A stretch of DNA of 64,000 bases from Octopus vulgaris (GCA_951406725.2 OX597818.1:53878001-53942000), one strand, 5' to 3'. Counted from the stretch's first letter, positions 1 through 13,849 are shown. Notes: generated by a model from the sequence alone, not told the origin. Program-made: numbers and translations.

Positions 1-201
1 AATTTTGATCTTTTTTTTTTTAGCCTTTCTTATGTGCAGCGCTAATGACCTTTGCGTGACCTCCGAGACCTGTGGGGGAAATGAAAAGCAATTGGGAGCA
101 TCGTTCGAGTTATCCTGAGACTAGAGACCTCGTGCGAATACGTGTAACAGACGGAGCGCAGCTAGTGTCACTCCAAAGCAGACGGTTGTGTTAAACCAGA
201 A

Positions 202-418
202 GGCGGCGAGCTGGCACGCCGGGCGAAATGCGTAGCCGTACTTCGTCTGCCGTTACGTTCTGAGTTCAAATTTCACCGAGGTCGACTTTACCTTTCATCC
301 TTTCGGGATCGATAAATTAAGTACCAGTTACGCACTGGGGTCGATATAACCGACTTAATCCATTTGTCTGTCCTTGTTTGTCCTCTGTGTTTAGCCCCTT
401 GTGGGTAGTAAAGAAATA
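202..418 (+). mobile_element. SINE family A (tRNA-derived head, GGCGGCGAGCTGGCA...GTGGGTAGTAAAGAAATA)
   Basis: B-box GAGTTCAAAT. ~15-bp TSD GTTG(T/A)GTTAAACCAG. More than 15 further copies in the window. Confidence 0.85.
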
Positions 419-958
419 TGTTGAGTTAAACCAGGCGATGAATTAGGTCCATTAGTATGTCCGTACATCAAATATTCAAACAAACTATTTAGCCAATTAA
501 TAACTTTATATTTTATAGACTCCTCTAACATGTCATTCACTGCCATGCCCACCACCGCAATAACAAAAACAACTAGTTCACAATTTTAACTAAAAAAACT
601 CCTGTAATTTCCATGTTTGGCTAATTATATTATAATGAAATAATTTTGAATTAATAGACTGACTGAATAAGCCGTTAGACAAAAACTTGAAGCCTCAATA
701 AAAAAAAACTAATTTAATAATAATAATTTAATAATAACAATCATGCCTAATTATATAATATAATTATATAATTATAAAATATAATTAGGTGATAGCCTTG
801 AAGATGAGCAGTTACGTTATTTCCATTAGTATTTTTTATTAAAGAAAGAATATTTTTCTCGAGTGTTTTACTTTCTGGATGATCTACTTCTCATTATGCA
901 TTGAGGTTGGTTTGTTGAAATGGATTACCTGCCCTTTTTTTTTATAAATTGAGAGATA

Positions 959-1121
959 GGCGCAGGAGTGGCTGTGTGGTAAGTAGCTTGCTAACCAACC
1001 ACATGGTTCCGGGTTCAGTCCCACTGCGTGGCATCTTGGGCAAGTGTCTTCTGCTATAGCCCCGGGCCGACCAATGCCTTGTGAGTGGATTTGGTAGACG
1101 TAAACTGAAAGAAGCCTGTCG

Positions 1122-1197
<76 letters not shown>

Positions 1198-1407
1198 TGT
1201 GTCTGTGTTTGTCCCCCTAGCATTGCTTGACGACCGATGCTGGCGTGTTTAAGTCCCTGTAACTTAGCGGTTCGGCAAAAGAGACCGATAGAATAAGTAC
1301 TGGGCTTACAAAAGAATAAGTCCCGGGGGTCGATTAAAGGCGGTGCTCCAGCATGGCCGCAGTCAAATGACTGAAACAAGTAAAAGAGTAAAAGAGTAAA
1401 AGAGAGT
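959..1407 (+). mobile_element. SINE family B (tRNA head, CORE-like segment, internal (TA)n/(TG)n, (TAAAAGAG)n tail)
   Basis: A-box TGGCTGTGTGG and B-box GGTTCAGTCCC. CTTGGGCAAGTG resembles the CORE domain. About 15 copies in the window. Confidence 0.85.
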
Positions 1408-1821
1408 ATATTCAGACCAAGATGATGAGGATAAATCAACTCATGCTTAAACGAGCATTTAGTAATTCAGACAAGTACATTTTATATGCTTTGAATTTAT
1501 CCATTTATTCAAATTGTATTCTAATAATTCTTTTTTTAATTTTGGCAGAAGGCCAGCAATTTCGAAGGGTAGGGAGATCGATTATATTGACTTCGGTGTT
1601 CAAAATATTTCAACGTAACGTGAAACTGAGTGACTCTAGCTGAGTTCTGTCTGTTACACGTATTCGCACGAAGTCTCTAGTCTCATGGTAACTCGAACGA
1701 TGCTCTCAATTGCGGTTGCTCATGAATCTCGGAGGTCAGGCAAAGGTCATTATCGCTGCACATAAAAAAGGCAAAAAAAATCAAAATTTTAGGTCATACA
1801 TCGTTACTTAAATCGTGTACA

Positions 1822-2270
1822 TCAGAGGTTCTCAAACTTTTTGGACCACCGCCCCTCTCATGGCTACTTAATACCCCCAGCGCCTCCACCCCTATTTTTA
1901 TGTATAAATAAATATTCTATATTCAAATAATTTATATATACTATGAATCATTTGATATTTAATGTAATATTACCGTAAATCCTCGAGTATAATCCGCATT
2001 TTTTCCCAAAATTTAAAGGTCAAAATCCCTAGTGCGTACTATATATGAGGTTAAAATGAAAAATATTTTCTAAGCAATGTCCGAGTCTCTATTTGCTGTC
2101 CGGCAATGTTTATTCAGACGCATTTTGAAAGCAATGAAGTCATAAAAGAATCATCCATAACTTGTAGTAAGCAACATTTATTAAAATAAAAGCATTCAGA
2201 ACACAGAATAACATGTAGCAAAAACAATTTGCAAACATATTTACATTCCCATATAACAGTTAAGAACATT
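1822..2270. mobile_element. DNA transposon end fragments (hAT/Charlie-like end at 1822, Tc1/mariner-Tigger-like end at 1971)
   Basis: CAGAGGTTCTCAAACTTTT and TA-CCGTAAATCCTCGAGTATAA resemble typical TIR starts. Partner ends were not found. Confidence 0.4.
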
Positions 2271-2984
2271 ACCATTATTGTATTACGCATGTGTATGTTC
2301 GATTAGGTGCTGCTGGTTTAATTTGACTTTCATCGATGACTAGAACTTCATCGATAAAAGGAAGTTCTAGAGAGGTACTCGGATTAATATAATCGGCTAA
2401 CTCTCTCCTTGAAAATTTCAAACCTTTGCCTATATTAGAAAAACTTTTAGTGTAAGCGGTTGAGTATTCCACAGACATGTCTTCGTGTAATATAATCCTG
2501 GAGAAGAGCCAACTTTATGGTGCGTATGGCAAAGTTAGCTCTTTGAATTACAGTTTTAATTCATCCAACCGTTCCCCCAAGGGCTTCCATCTCCCCAATT
2601 TCACTTACAGAGAATACGGATCGACCTAAAGATATGGATAGAGACGTTTGCTTAAGGCGCCACGCAGAAGCATCGACTATGAGATTCCGTAACTGTAAAT
2701 CGAATTTACAAACCACACCGACAATTCTATAACGTGCTGCTCGCAACCAGAAGCAGAGCTTCTATCCAATGTCAAGGTAGCAGTACGAGATAAAGGGTGA
2801 ACTTTATCCATCTGACTGCAAAGTGACATTCCTGATAGCAAGGTGAACTACCGAGATAATGCAGAATAATGTGTATTGTCATGTACCATAACGAATGGCA
2901 GTAGGCGGTTTAAGACCATGACACTTGACTCCAATACTTTATACATGCGAACCAACAAAGGAGCTTCTATGTGGTCACTAGAAC

Positions 2985-3630
2985 TACATAAACAAGTGCC
3001 TATCCAACAGTGATTGCATCATCCATACTCTCAACAATGCGCCCTTAAATATGGTTTCTGATTACAAATATCTTGGGTCATACATATCATCATCTGGAAA
3101 GATTTTCTAACTAGAAAGGGTATGGCCTGGTCAGCCTGTAATGACATGCATAAGATCTGGTCATCAAATCTAAGTAGAGACTTCAAACTTGAAATCTTCA
3201 AATCCACAGTCGAACCAATTCTACTATATGGCTCAGAAACCTGGACGTTATCAAATAAGCTTGAGAGGCGGTTGGATGGAACCTACACTCGCCTGCTTAC
3301 GAGAGCTCAAAATCTCTCGTGGAAGCGCCATCCAACCAAAATGCAAATATATGGGAAACTACCACCTGTGTCATCTCTTGTGAAAGGTAGGAGAGTCCAG
3401 TTTGCTGGACATTGTTGTAGAGCTGAAAAAGAAGTAATTTCTACTCTTCTCCTCTGGAAGCCATCTACTCGCAATACCAGAGGGCGCACACTCTCCTACC
3501 CTGATGTAATCTCCAGGGATACAGGCATCCAGCAACAGGACCTCCGTAATGCCATGATGGACCGTGAAGTCTGGCGTAGCATGGTAAATTCCATTGTCTC
3601 GACCACGGTCGAACAATGATGAATGATGAG
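2985..3630 (+). mobile_element. 5'-truncated RTE-like LINE 3' end (RT C-terminal region)
   Basis: DYKYLGS upstream, then ORF 3122-3619 with VEPILLYGSETWTL, RRVQFAGHC and AMMDREVWR. (GAT)n-like tail. Confidence 0.85.
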
Positions 3631-3761
3631 AACTGCTAGGACTACGAACCAAATCTTTCTCTAATCACATCTATTATATTAAATAAGGAAAAGGCATAAT
3701 GTACTCTTGTAAAGCGACTAAAAAGACGACTGGATTGCTTTTGAATCTTAGATATGCTCAT

Positions 3762-4197
3762 GCGCAGGCGTAGCTGTCTGGTAAGAAGCTTGCTTCCCAA
3801 CCACACAGTTCCAGGTTTAGTTCCACTGCGTGGCACATTGGGCAAGTGTTTCTACTATAGCCTCGGACTGACCAAAGCCTTGTGAGGAGATTTGGTAGAC
3901 GGAAACTGAAAGAAGCCTGTCGTATGTATATATATATATATATGTGTGTGTGTATGTGTGTGTGTACGTGCATGTGTGCGTGCGCGTGTGTGTGTCTGAG
4001 TTTGTCCCCCACCATCACTTGACAACCGGTGTTGGTGTGTTTGCATCTCCGTAACTTACCGGTTTCGCAAAAAGAGACCGATAGAATAAGTACTAGGCTT
4101 ACAAAGAATAAGTCCTGAGGTCGATTTCTTCGACTAAAGGCGGTGCTTCAGCAGATGACCGAAACAAATAAAGGAATAACAGAAGAGAATAAAGGAA
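3762..4197 (+). mobile_element. SINE family B
   Basis: Colinear with 959-1407. Confidence 0.8.
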
Positions 4198-5089
4198 ATG
4201 CTCGATCAGGAATGTCCTGGATCTAAACAACAACAGAACAGTAGTAATACTCTGTTATTATCTACAAGTAGCCAGCTATCCTATAATGAAGAAAGTTACT
4301 TAATAATTAGTTTTAATTACGTAACTTTTACTAAAAGAAAGAAATTAAAATCTACGATGTCTAGAAACTTCATTAAAATTCCAATTTTGATGTATTTTTA
4401 TCAAAATGTGGTTGTTAACTTCTTTCATTATTAAAGATTTCAGTTATACAATGCAATCAGAAAATTAATTCAAATTCTCTGCGTGATAGCGTTTTTCCTA
4501 ACAGCTCTGTTTATACTTCTTTTGGAAATATAATGGCTGCGCAAATACTTGCAACGCTACTTTCAACAGACACAGGAGGAAAAACTTTTCTCCAGATTAT
4601 TAATTTAATCCAGCGTGAAGTAAGTTATGTTGATTCCAGTATCCTTTTATATTTGTTGGGTGTAGCTGAAGAAGAAAAGTGGTTTTGATTTACTTACGTC
4701 AATTGTATCAAATATTACCCGTACTAGTAATATCTGTAGTTAAAATATACGCTACTAAACTAGTTTAACATTGGTTTTCATTACTCTTTTACTTATGGTT
4801 ATTGAAATACCAGTAGAAGAGGAAACCAATTCTGTTTGAGATTACTTTCAAACACTTTAGTTTTTTTAAGGTGGTTATTTGAATATATTCAGTGCTTAAG
4901 GCGTCCTCAATAGATTTTTTTCCAAATGAACTCAAACTTTTAAATAGTTTTTTTTATATTTCTTTAAAATGGTGAGCAAATACATTTTTAATTTAACGGA
5001 TCTGAATTAGATATATGCGTGCGTGTGTGTTTATATGTATGTAAGTATATATGTGTATGTATATACATATATATGTGTATATGCATTTA

Positions 5090-5138
<49 letters not shown>

Positions 5139-5799
5139 GCACATATATATATGCTGATGTGTGTGTGTGTGCAGATACACACATATATAAGAGTGTGCGT
5201 GTATGAGACAGAGAGAGGGTGAGAGAGAGTTGCGTTTTTTTACAAAACTATTAAATATACTTTTATAAGCTTCTTTTCCTCTTGGCAAAGCATTTTTTAC
5301 CAGTTTTTTTCCTCAGAGGCACAAACAAAAATTAATAAAACTTCAAACTTATTTTCCAGTTTTGACTAGTTTATTCACCAAACATATATATATATATACA
5401 TATAGTAAATATGTTTAACAAGAAACACTGATATAACGACGAGTATGCCGAACGATCTAGTTAACTCTGCATTTACCGTTTCACAACTACCTTACAGCTG
5501 TTTCAAATAATTCTTTTATAACTACATTTCAATACTGTACTCCTCGGTTATAAATAAAGGATTTTTAATACGGACACAAGGCCTTGAATTTTAAGGGCGG
5601 AACTACAGACGATTAGAATCAAGCCTAGATCCTGATTGGTGCTTATTTCATCGACTCCAGAAGGATTTCAAAAGTTGATCATGGAGATATTTGAAATCAA
5701 AGCATAATTAAGGGTTTGGCTTGGCATTCTACTTATTCCACAAATCCACCACTACCATTCAGCTATAAATTATTTCCATACAGAAATATATAAATATAT

Positions 5800-6385
5800 C
5801 TTTTCTACTATAGGCACAAGGCCCGACATTTTGGGAGAGGGGGCAGTCGATTACATCGACCCCAATACGCAACTTGTACTTAATTTATCGACCCCGAAAG
5901 GATGAAAGGCAAATTCAGAACGTAAATACCTATTTCTTTACTACCCACAAGGGGACAAACACAGAGAGGGCAAACAAGGACAGACAAACGGATTAAGTCG
6001 ATTATATCGACCTCAGTACGTAACTGATACTTATTTAATCGACCCCCGAAAGGATGAAAGGCAAATTCGACCTCGGCGGAATTTGAACTCAGAACATAGC
6101 AGCAGACGAAATACCGCTAAGCATTTCGCCCGGAGTGCTAACGTTTCTGCCTGCTCGCCGTCTTATAAATGACAAGTATTCATTCCTACTCTAGGCACAA
6201 GGCCCGAAATTTTAGGGGAGGGGGCCAGTTGATTAGATCGACCCCAGTGTGAAATTAGTATTTAATTTATCGAAAGGATGAAAGGCAAGACGACCTCAGC
6301 GGAATTTGAACTCAGAACGTAAAGATAGACGAAATAACTCTAAGCATTTCGCCCTGCGTGCTAACGTTTCTGCACGCTCACCTTA
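5800..6385 (-). mobile_element. SINE family A cluster (composite plus a second copy)
   Basis: Reverse complement of family A head, body and both tail types. Confidence 0.8.
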
Positions 6386-6452
<67 letters not shown>

Positions 6453-7059
6453 ATATATACATATGTATACGCAAAATTACACAACACAAACCCACCGCCC
6501 ACCATCAAAAAATGTGGTCGCCCCAACTACAAGACCTGCATCCACCTCATTGAGGGATCGTCGTACAAGTTCCACTCGGGACACACATTCATCATAAAAA
6601 ATAATTTCACGTGCGCATCAAAAAATTTACTCTACGTCATAAGGTGTGAAGGATGCCACGAAGACTACATAGGGCAAACGAGCCTTACCCTCAGAGAAAG
6701 AATGACAATTCACCGACAACAACTGAGGGACCCCTCCACAAGACAGATACCACTAAGTGGACACTTAGACCTTTGTGCACACAATAAGTCCCCCAAATTC
6801 TTAGTCTTCCCACTATACCAATGCTCGGACAACACCACAGACCAAACACGAATAAATAAGGAAAGTAATCTTATTCAAAAATACAGACCACAACTTAACA
6901 TACTCTAACATACCCCCTGGAAACACATCCAGAGCAAGCACACAGGGACGCGCGCACGCTCACAGCATATCGTGCGGGCGGGCACATGCGCGCATCGGCA
7001 CGCATAGGACACACTAGCGGGCATTGACCGCACACATACGTGGCATGCACACGCATGCA

Positions 7060-7351
7060 TTATATATATGTAGGTGATGTATGTGTGTGAGTGTTGTGTG
7101 TGTGTGTGTGTGTGTGTATGTGTGCACGTTGTGTGTGTGTGTGCGCGGGTGTATATATATATGTGTGTGTGTGTGTGTGTGCACTGTGTGCGTGAGTGTG
7201 TATATGTGTGTGTGCGCGCGCGTTGTGTGTGTGTGTGTGTGCACGTGTGTATATATGTGTGTGTGTGTGTGCACTGTGTGCGGGTGTGTGTGTATGTGTG
7301 TGTGTGTGTGAGCATTGTGTACGTGTGTATGTATTTACATGTGTATTTGTT

Positions 7352-7382
<31 letters not shown>

Positions 7383-7578
7383 TGTGTGTGTATATGCATG
7401 GTATGTGTGTATATGTTAGTACTTTGTTTGTGTGTGTGTGCGGTATGTAGAGATATATTTGAGTGTGTACGCTATAGGTTTGTAATTTGTGTGTGTGTGT
7501 GGGGGGTGAATTTTTTATATATATATATGTGTGTGTATGTGTGTGAAAAAATATATGTATGTGCATGTATGTATGTAT

Positions 7579-7622
<44 letters not shown>

Positions 7623-8191
7623 GTGTGTGTGTATGTGTGTGTGTGTGTATATTTATTTGCATGTTTATGTGTGTATAAACATGTACATTATTTGCATGCG
7701 CATTGTGTATATGTATATTGTATGTATGTGTATTGTATATGTACGTGTATAATTAAGTGTATATATGTGTGTGTATGTGTGCATTGTATATATGTATATT
7801 GTAGGTGTGCTATATATGCATGAATACATGTATATGCATTGCGTGTATATATATGTATGCATTGTGTATGTATGTTATGTGTGTGTGTGTGTATATATAT
7901 ATTATATGTATGCGTACGTGTATGTGTATGCATTGTATGTATGTATATTGTGTGTATATGTGGTATATCTATGTATGTGTATGTAAACACTATTTATATG
8001 TATATATGTATATATGTATATGCATAGTCTATATATATATATATTATATGTATGTATTGCGTATGTATATTGCATGCATATATTGTGTATGTGTATTATT
8101 TACATGCTGTATGTGTGTATTGTATGTGTATATATATGCTAGGTGTATTTGTGTGATATTTATATTATGTATGTATGTATGTGTGCGTGTG

Positions 8192-8222
<31 letters not shown>

Positions 8223-8447
8223 GTGTGTGTATGTGTGTTATATATCTGTGTATGTTATATATAGATACATGTTATATTTGTGTGCTGTGTGTATATGTGA
8301 TATATGTGGGTGCGTTGTGTGTGTGTGTGTGTGTGTGTTCTGTGTGTGTGTGTGTTGTTTGTATGTGGTGTGTGTTTGTATACTATGTGTGTGTGTGTGT
8401 GTGTGTGTGTTGTGTGTGTGTGTGTGTGTGTATATATATGTGTGTGA
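7060..8447. repeat. Degenerate (TG)n/(TA)n microsatellite tract
   Basis: Direct inspection. Confidence 0.95.
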
Positions 8448-8990
8448 CAAACAGACGCTATCTGACCAGCAGGCACGGACACATCTATTCACACCCGCAT
8501 ACTAACCTCCCGATAACCCCAAAATCATTCATGCATAAAGGGGAAGTATACACCACATTGGCTACTTCTTCTTTTCTCTCAGTTCAGCCTTTCTGCTAAT
8601 ACCGACAGGTCAGTAAAAACATATTCTCGCCTTGAACTTAAAATATTCTGAGATGTATAAAAAATCCATTTTAATTTTTGCTGTCAAAAGGCTGTATATA
8701 TATACCAAAGACTGTATATATATACATGTAATGTGACAATTTGCGACAACCAATAATTAACGCAACCAATTCCCAATAATATATTTGTTTTATCCTTTTC
8801 TGCCAAATTTTCCCAAATATTCTCATCACACTATTGAACTTCTCTGTTACCAAACACTATATTTATACATGTAATGTGACAATTATGTATAAAAAAACAT
8901 TTTTGAATTCATAATATCCAATGTGACAATTATGTAAAAAACTTTTTTTAATATTCAATGAACCCATATTATTCAATGTTTCCTTAAATG

Positions 8991-9035
8991 TTACTTTTGA
9001 CAATCTTTTACCAAAGAGTGAAACCGGTTAAGTAA
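8991..9035 (+). ncRNA. Minimal type-I hammerhead ribozyme motif, U3-A8 core variant
   Basis: TTACTT / TTGACAA / TCTTT-tacc-AAAGA(gt) / GAAA / CCGG / TT / AAGTAA. Stem I is 6 bp, stem III is palindromic. Confidence 0.65.
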
Positions 9036-9074
9036 ATAAACATCGTTTAAATTGCATTTTCAAACCTTTTTTCT

Positions 9075-9136
<62 letters not shown>

Positions 9137-9841
9137 TTATACATTATAATTTTTCAAATTCACCGCGCAAGCGCAGTTTCAGTCGACAGTTAATTAATAT
9201 ATGCCGAACTAATTTTCTAAAAATATACATAAAATATAGGATAGCGAGTTTTTTTTTTGAAATTTCACTACCATTGGCCTAGCATGCACAAAAAGTCAAT
9301 AGACAACATATTCTCAATATAAAATAGTGTACGTTCAAACACAAGGGAAACTGCCTTCAACAAGCAGTTTTACTCGCTAGAAGTTGTCAAAACGACCAAA
9401 ACCGCACTTAAGGGCAATCTTCAAAAGTAATGAAAAATAAAAACATTTACCTTGTTATTTTATTCCGGTCAGACCTAGATTTCAAAATTTTTTAGCAAAT
9501 AAAATAATTTGCGAGGCGAATTTCTCATCAGTGACCGCGCCATAACACTAACATATAACCAAGAGACGAATAACACGTGTCTCTTCTTCTAGCATGTAAA
9601 ACTGCTAGTTGAAGGCAGTTTCTCTTGTCTTTAAATATATATATATATGCGTGTGTGTGTGTGTGTGTATACATATATACTTTATTGAGAAAGCTGCACG
9701 AACGGGAAGTGAATGTCTTAGCAGTTTTTTTTAATAAAGCATATTACTCTACCTCCGGTATTCAAGTAATATTTTTTCCACCTTGTTTCACATTTATGTT
9801 CTTATTTTATATATATACTCTGTGAACAGTGTCGCCAAACG

Positions 9842-9918
<77 letters not shown>

Positions 9919-9964
9919 TGTATGTATGTATGTATGTATGTATGTGTATATATATATATATATG

Positions 9965-10061
<97 letters not shown>

Positions 10062-10551
10062 GTTGAGGAAATATTATTCCTAACTTACAGGGGAAAATTC
10101 AATTTAGAAATACTAAATCAAATTTCAGAAAATATAATATATATATATATATAAATTAGAAAAAAAACACCTTTTATCAATTCAAAATGAACAATAAAAT
10201 TAGACCATCTAGAAAATTACATTAAAATATAATCCTTTCTAGATGGTATAGGAATATCCCTCAAAGATGAATTCCAAAAGAGTGGTTCCCCCTATCACTG
10301 CTTGACCACCGGTGCTGGTTTGTTTGCATCGCCATAACTAAACGGTTCGACATAAGAGGCGGATAGAACAAGTACCAAGCGTTTAAAAATAGTTACTGAG
10401 ATTGATTCTTTCGACTAAAACCATTCAAAGCGGTGCCTAATCATGGCTGCGGTCGAACACCTGGAACAAGAAAGATTTAAAGGATAAGAAATAAGAACAC
10501 ACACGAGCGCGTGCAGACATATACATACATGTGTGTGTGTGTGTGTGTGAT

Positions 10552-10607
<56 letters not shown>

Positions 10608-10740
10608 CGATTTTAGATCTTGATTATAAAAAAAATATGAAACCATTATTCTATGCTAATTTAGTTAATTGTAAGATAGAAATTTAAATGTAATAAAATG
10701 TTTTAATAGAAATTTTAAGTGCCTACGTGATAACTGTAAA

Positions 10741-10757
10741 CCTACTTTTGGGCCACC

Positions 10758-10856
<99 letters not shown>

Positions 10857-10870
10857 GGCCCAAAAGTAGG
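10741..10870. mobile_element. Two Tc1/mariner-type TIR ends back-to-back around (TA)n
   Basis: CCTACTTTTGGGCCACCCTG-(TA)n-TAGGGTGGCCCAAAAGTAGG. Confidence 0.6.
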
Positions 10871-10945
10871 TTTTGAAAGTATCGGCACTTCAAGCATACT
10901 GAAGAAAGGTCGTTTTCACCCGATTTCCCTTGATATAAATATATA

Positions 10946-10997
<52 letters not shown>

Positions 10998-11045
10998 AAA
11001 ACAATAATAAATCTCTGAACGAGATATAAACAGTAACCGCTCGAC

Positions 11046-11183
11046 AACGTAAGGGGTATCAGCCATCTGAATGTGGCTAGCCACTGGGGGGGGGTTGATC
11101 GCCTGGGGCTAAAAGCATCAGTAACACCCCACCCCCCACCACCAGTGGTTAGCCACATTCAGATGGCTGATACCCCTTACGTT
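11046..11183. repeat. Near-perfect 42-bp-arm hairpin
   Basis: AACGTAAGGGGTATCAGCCATCTGAATGTGGCTA.CCACTGG with its reverse complement at 11142-11183. Confidence 0.9.
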
Positions 11184-11190
11184 ATATATA

Positions 11191-11740
11191 TTGAGTTTTC
11201 CGGAAAGTTCGTGCCGATTTATAGTAGCTTACCTTTCGACTCATTTTAGAACATGTTTGAGTCCATAAAATAGGATTTGACTACAACCCCATTTAGAGCA
11301 CAGTTTAAGCTATCTTTTCGTGGAAGAAGGTTTATGTTCCAATAACATGTGTTAATTCTGTAACCCTTTAAAATGGAAGATAAGAAAGTTCGTTTCCGGC
11401 ACTTGATGCTTTTCTTTTTCCGTAAAGGGAGAAATGCCTCACAAGCAACCAAAGAAATATGCGCAGTTTACTGTGATGTTTCTTTATCCGAAAGAACTGT
11501 ACGGAAGTGGTTCGCAAGGTTCCGAGCTAGAGATTGTAGCCTTATTGATAAAGAGCGATCAGGCAGGCCATCCACTACAAATGATGACCAAATGAAGTCA
11601 TTAATTGAGAATAACCCACATTGCATAACCCGAGAATTGGCCGAAAGCCTCAACCTATCAAAATCTGTCGTTCATGAGTACCTGGTAAAGCTTGGGTAAT
11701 GGCAAGTATTTATTAACCTATTTCTCTCCTTTAAAAATCC
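11191..11740 (+). mobile_element. Internally deleted mariner with the transposase N-terminal HTH (11373-11699)
   Basis: TA + TIR TTGAGTTTTCCGGAAAGTTCGTGCCG. Protein has FRHLMLFFFRKGRNASQATKEICAVY...SERTVRKWFARF...RSGRP. Confidence 0.9.
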
Positions 11741-11753
11741 TTTCCTAACAAGC

Positions 11754-11822
<69 letters not shown>

Positions 11823-11861
11823 AGAGAACAAAGTGTACGTACGCCGCTTTATATATATATA

Positions 11862-12107
11862 ACGAAATGGGACAAGAACGCAAAACATCCGGACAACTAG
11901 GTGATACACGGACGGGTCATTCGAAACCTTTTATCTTCAGTCAAGAACCGTATCCAACCGAAATTGCGAGGATGATCCGGTTCTTGACTGAAGATCAAAG
12001 GCTTCGAATGACCCGTCCGTGTTTTTTTATCGTCTATCTGGATGTTTTGTTGTCCTCTTTTGTATCACCTAGTTGTCCGGACGATTTGCCTTCTTGTCCC
12101 ATTTCGT
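11862..12107. repeat. Fold-back element between (TA)n tracts
   Basis: 11862-11950 is inverted relative to 11978-12107, with a deletion in the left arm. Confidence 0.85.
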
Positions 12108-12111
12108 ATTT

Positions 12112-12188
<77 letters not shown>

Positions 12189-12334
12189 TATATACATATA
12201 TATATGTACATATATACATACATACACACACAGTATATATACTTACATATATATGGACATATGCATATACATATACATATATATATAGGCATATGCATAT
12301 ACATATACATATATATATAGACATATGCATATAC

Positions 12335-12365
<31 letters not shown>

Positions 12366-12825
12366 TATTGGTCGAGTGAGACTCTTTGTACTCTGGAGTC
12401 TCACCTGCGTGCTCGCAGAGTCATCATTAGCTCATTAGCTCAACTAATGTATTGAGCACTCTTCAGTCAATCCCGTATCAAAATTTATATGGATTTATAG
12501 ATTAGTAACGAAACGTGCAGAACGGTGTGGATTAAATACAATAAACATGATTTAAAGGTCTACCGCTGAGTCTGTTACTGCTGCTGCTGCTGCTTTTGTT
12601 GTAGTTATTGTTGTTGTTTTTGTTCTTGTTGTTAGTGGTGGTAATCGTGATGATGGTAGCGCTGGTGGTGGTGCTAGTGGTGGTGGTGCCGGTCGTCGTC
12701 GTGTTTAGTACCAGGTCAGCTGTAAACAAGCAGACTTGATCATAAACGTAGAGCTTTCTGGTCGTGACCGTCCTGCCTTTTTTAAGAGTACATCAAGATG
12801 TGATTTGAGAAAGATTTGTCTGCTG

Positions 12826-13243
12826 GCGGCGAGCTGGCAGAATCGTTAACACGACGCCGGGCGAAATGCGTAGCCGTATTTCGTCTGCCGTTACGTTCTG
12901 CGTTCAAATTCCGCCGAGGTTGACTTTGCTTTTCATCCTTTCGGGGTCGATAAATAAAGTACCAGTTTCGCACAGGGGTCGATATAATCGACTTAATCCT
13001 TTTGTCTGTCCTTGTTTGTCCTCTCTGTGTTTGGCCCCTTTGTGGGTAGTAAAGAAATAGGTATTTTGTCTGCCGTTACGTTCTGAGTTCAAATTCCGCC
13101 GAGGTTGACTTTGCCTTTCATCCTTTCGGGGTCGATAAATAAAGTACCAGTTTCGCACTGAGGTCAATGTAATCGACTTAATCCCTTTGTCTGCCCTTGT
13201 TTGTCCCCTCTGTGTTTAGCCCCTTGTGGGTAGTAAAGAAATA
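12826..13243 (+). mobile_element. SINE family A, tandem dimer
   Basis: Head-body-tail followed by body-tail, re-entering at GGTATTT. Confidence 0.85.
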
Positions 13244-13690
13244 TATTTCTAGAGAAGATGGGGTAGGCGAGAGAAGAGAAGAGATAGACAGCGAGACCAG
13301 CAGACGGATAGATATAGATATATCATTTTTTTAATTTATGCGCTCTTTTTCAACCCTAGCCACGCTCATGGACCAAGTTTCCCGGTTTATGTGGCGTATG
13401 GTTTCCCCCAGCTGACACTCTATATAAATTCCCTACTGGGAATGACCAAGTTTAATAGAATCTTACATTGGTTAGAAACTCTGAATTTGGATAGACTCCT
13501 ATTAAACTCTGTTGGACTTTTGGATTTTACTCAAAGGGTATTGGAATATTCCATATATACCATTATGCCTATAAAACGGATTTACGAATTCAATAACCAT
13601 ATATGTCTTACATCTATGTTCTTTCCTCCACTTCACTCTCTATTTGTATCACATCGAAACTAACTATGACTTAACGTTTCCTCTCACACC

Positions 13691-13742
13691 GTCTCCGATG
13701 AAGGGATATTATTAATAAATATCCTAGAAACAGCTGTAAGAC
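13691..13742 (+). ncRNA. Minimal type-I hammerhead ribozyme motif (U4C core) in a Penelope-terminus-like fragment (~13415-13810) ending at (TA)n
   Basis: GTCT / CCGATGA / (a)GGGATATT...AATATCCT(a) / GAAA / CAGCTG / TA / AGAC. Confidence 0.7.
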
Positions 13743-13849
13743 CTATCTATAAATGCTCTAATATCTATACAGCCTTGGTTTTTTTATCTCATTACGCAAA
13801 AAGTTCTTTTATATATATATATATATATATAGTCTGTCGTATATGTATG

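Larger units (their letters stand above)
1..1811. mobile_element. Non-autonomous TIR element, left end outside the window, with two nested SINEs
   Basis: 1-173 is the reverse complement of ~1628-1789 (e.g. CTAGAGACCTCGTGCGAATACGTGTAACAGAC vs GTCTGTTACACGTATTCGCACGAAGTCTCTAG). The right end terminates near TTAA at ~1811. Confidence 0.65.
6469..9078 (+). mobile_element. 5'-truncated Penelope-like element: GIY-YIG endonuclease C-terminus (to stop 6908), TG-rich 3' region, hammerhead-bearing terminus, ending at (TA)n
   Basis: CGRPNYKTC...NLLYVIRCEGCHEDYIGQT...LRERMTIH...KESNLIQKYRPQLN is homologous to the EN at 14999-15400. Extent to 9078 is inferred from parallel architecture with the second element. 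Confidence 0.75.

Noticed and set aside
942-1439. Recurrent peptide RQASFSFRLPNPLTR...[12 protein letters not shown] in many ORFs
   Set aside because: Antisense translation of SINE B, not a gene family.
5489-5550. Minus-strand GAAACAGCTGTAAG, identical to the 3' half of the 13691 hammerhead
   Set aside because: No pairing stem I/II or well-placed core. At best a remnant.
6905-8599. Long Cys/Val/His/Thr-rich ORFs (also 18360-19264, 32443-33240, 42135-43211)
   Set aside because: Translations of (TG)n/(CA)n/(TATG)n microsatellites, open in most frames.
11978-12020. CTGAAGA...GAAT...GTC as a hammerhead
   Set aside because: GAAA is absent and stems I/II do not pair convincingly.
12415-12472. 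Minus-strand CTGAAGA + GTGCTC...GAGCAC stem
   Set aside because: Followed by GCAG rather than GAAA, with no stem III or cleavage site.
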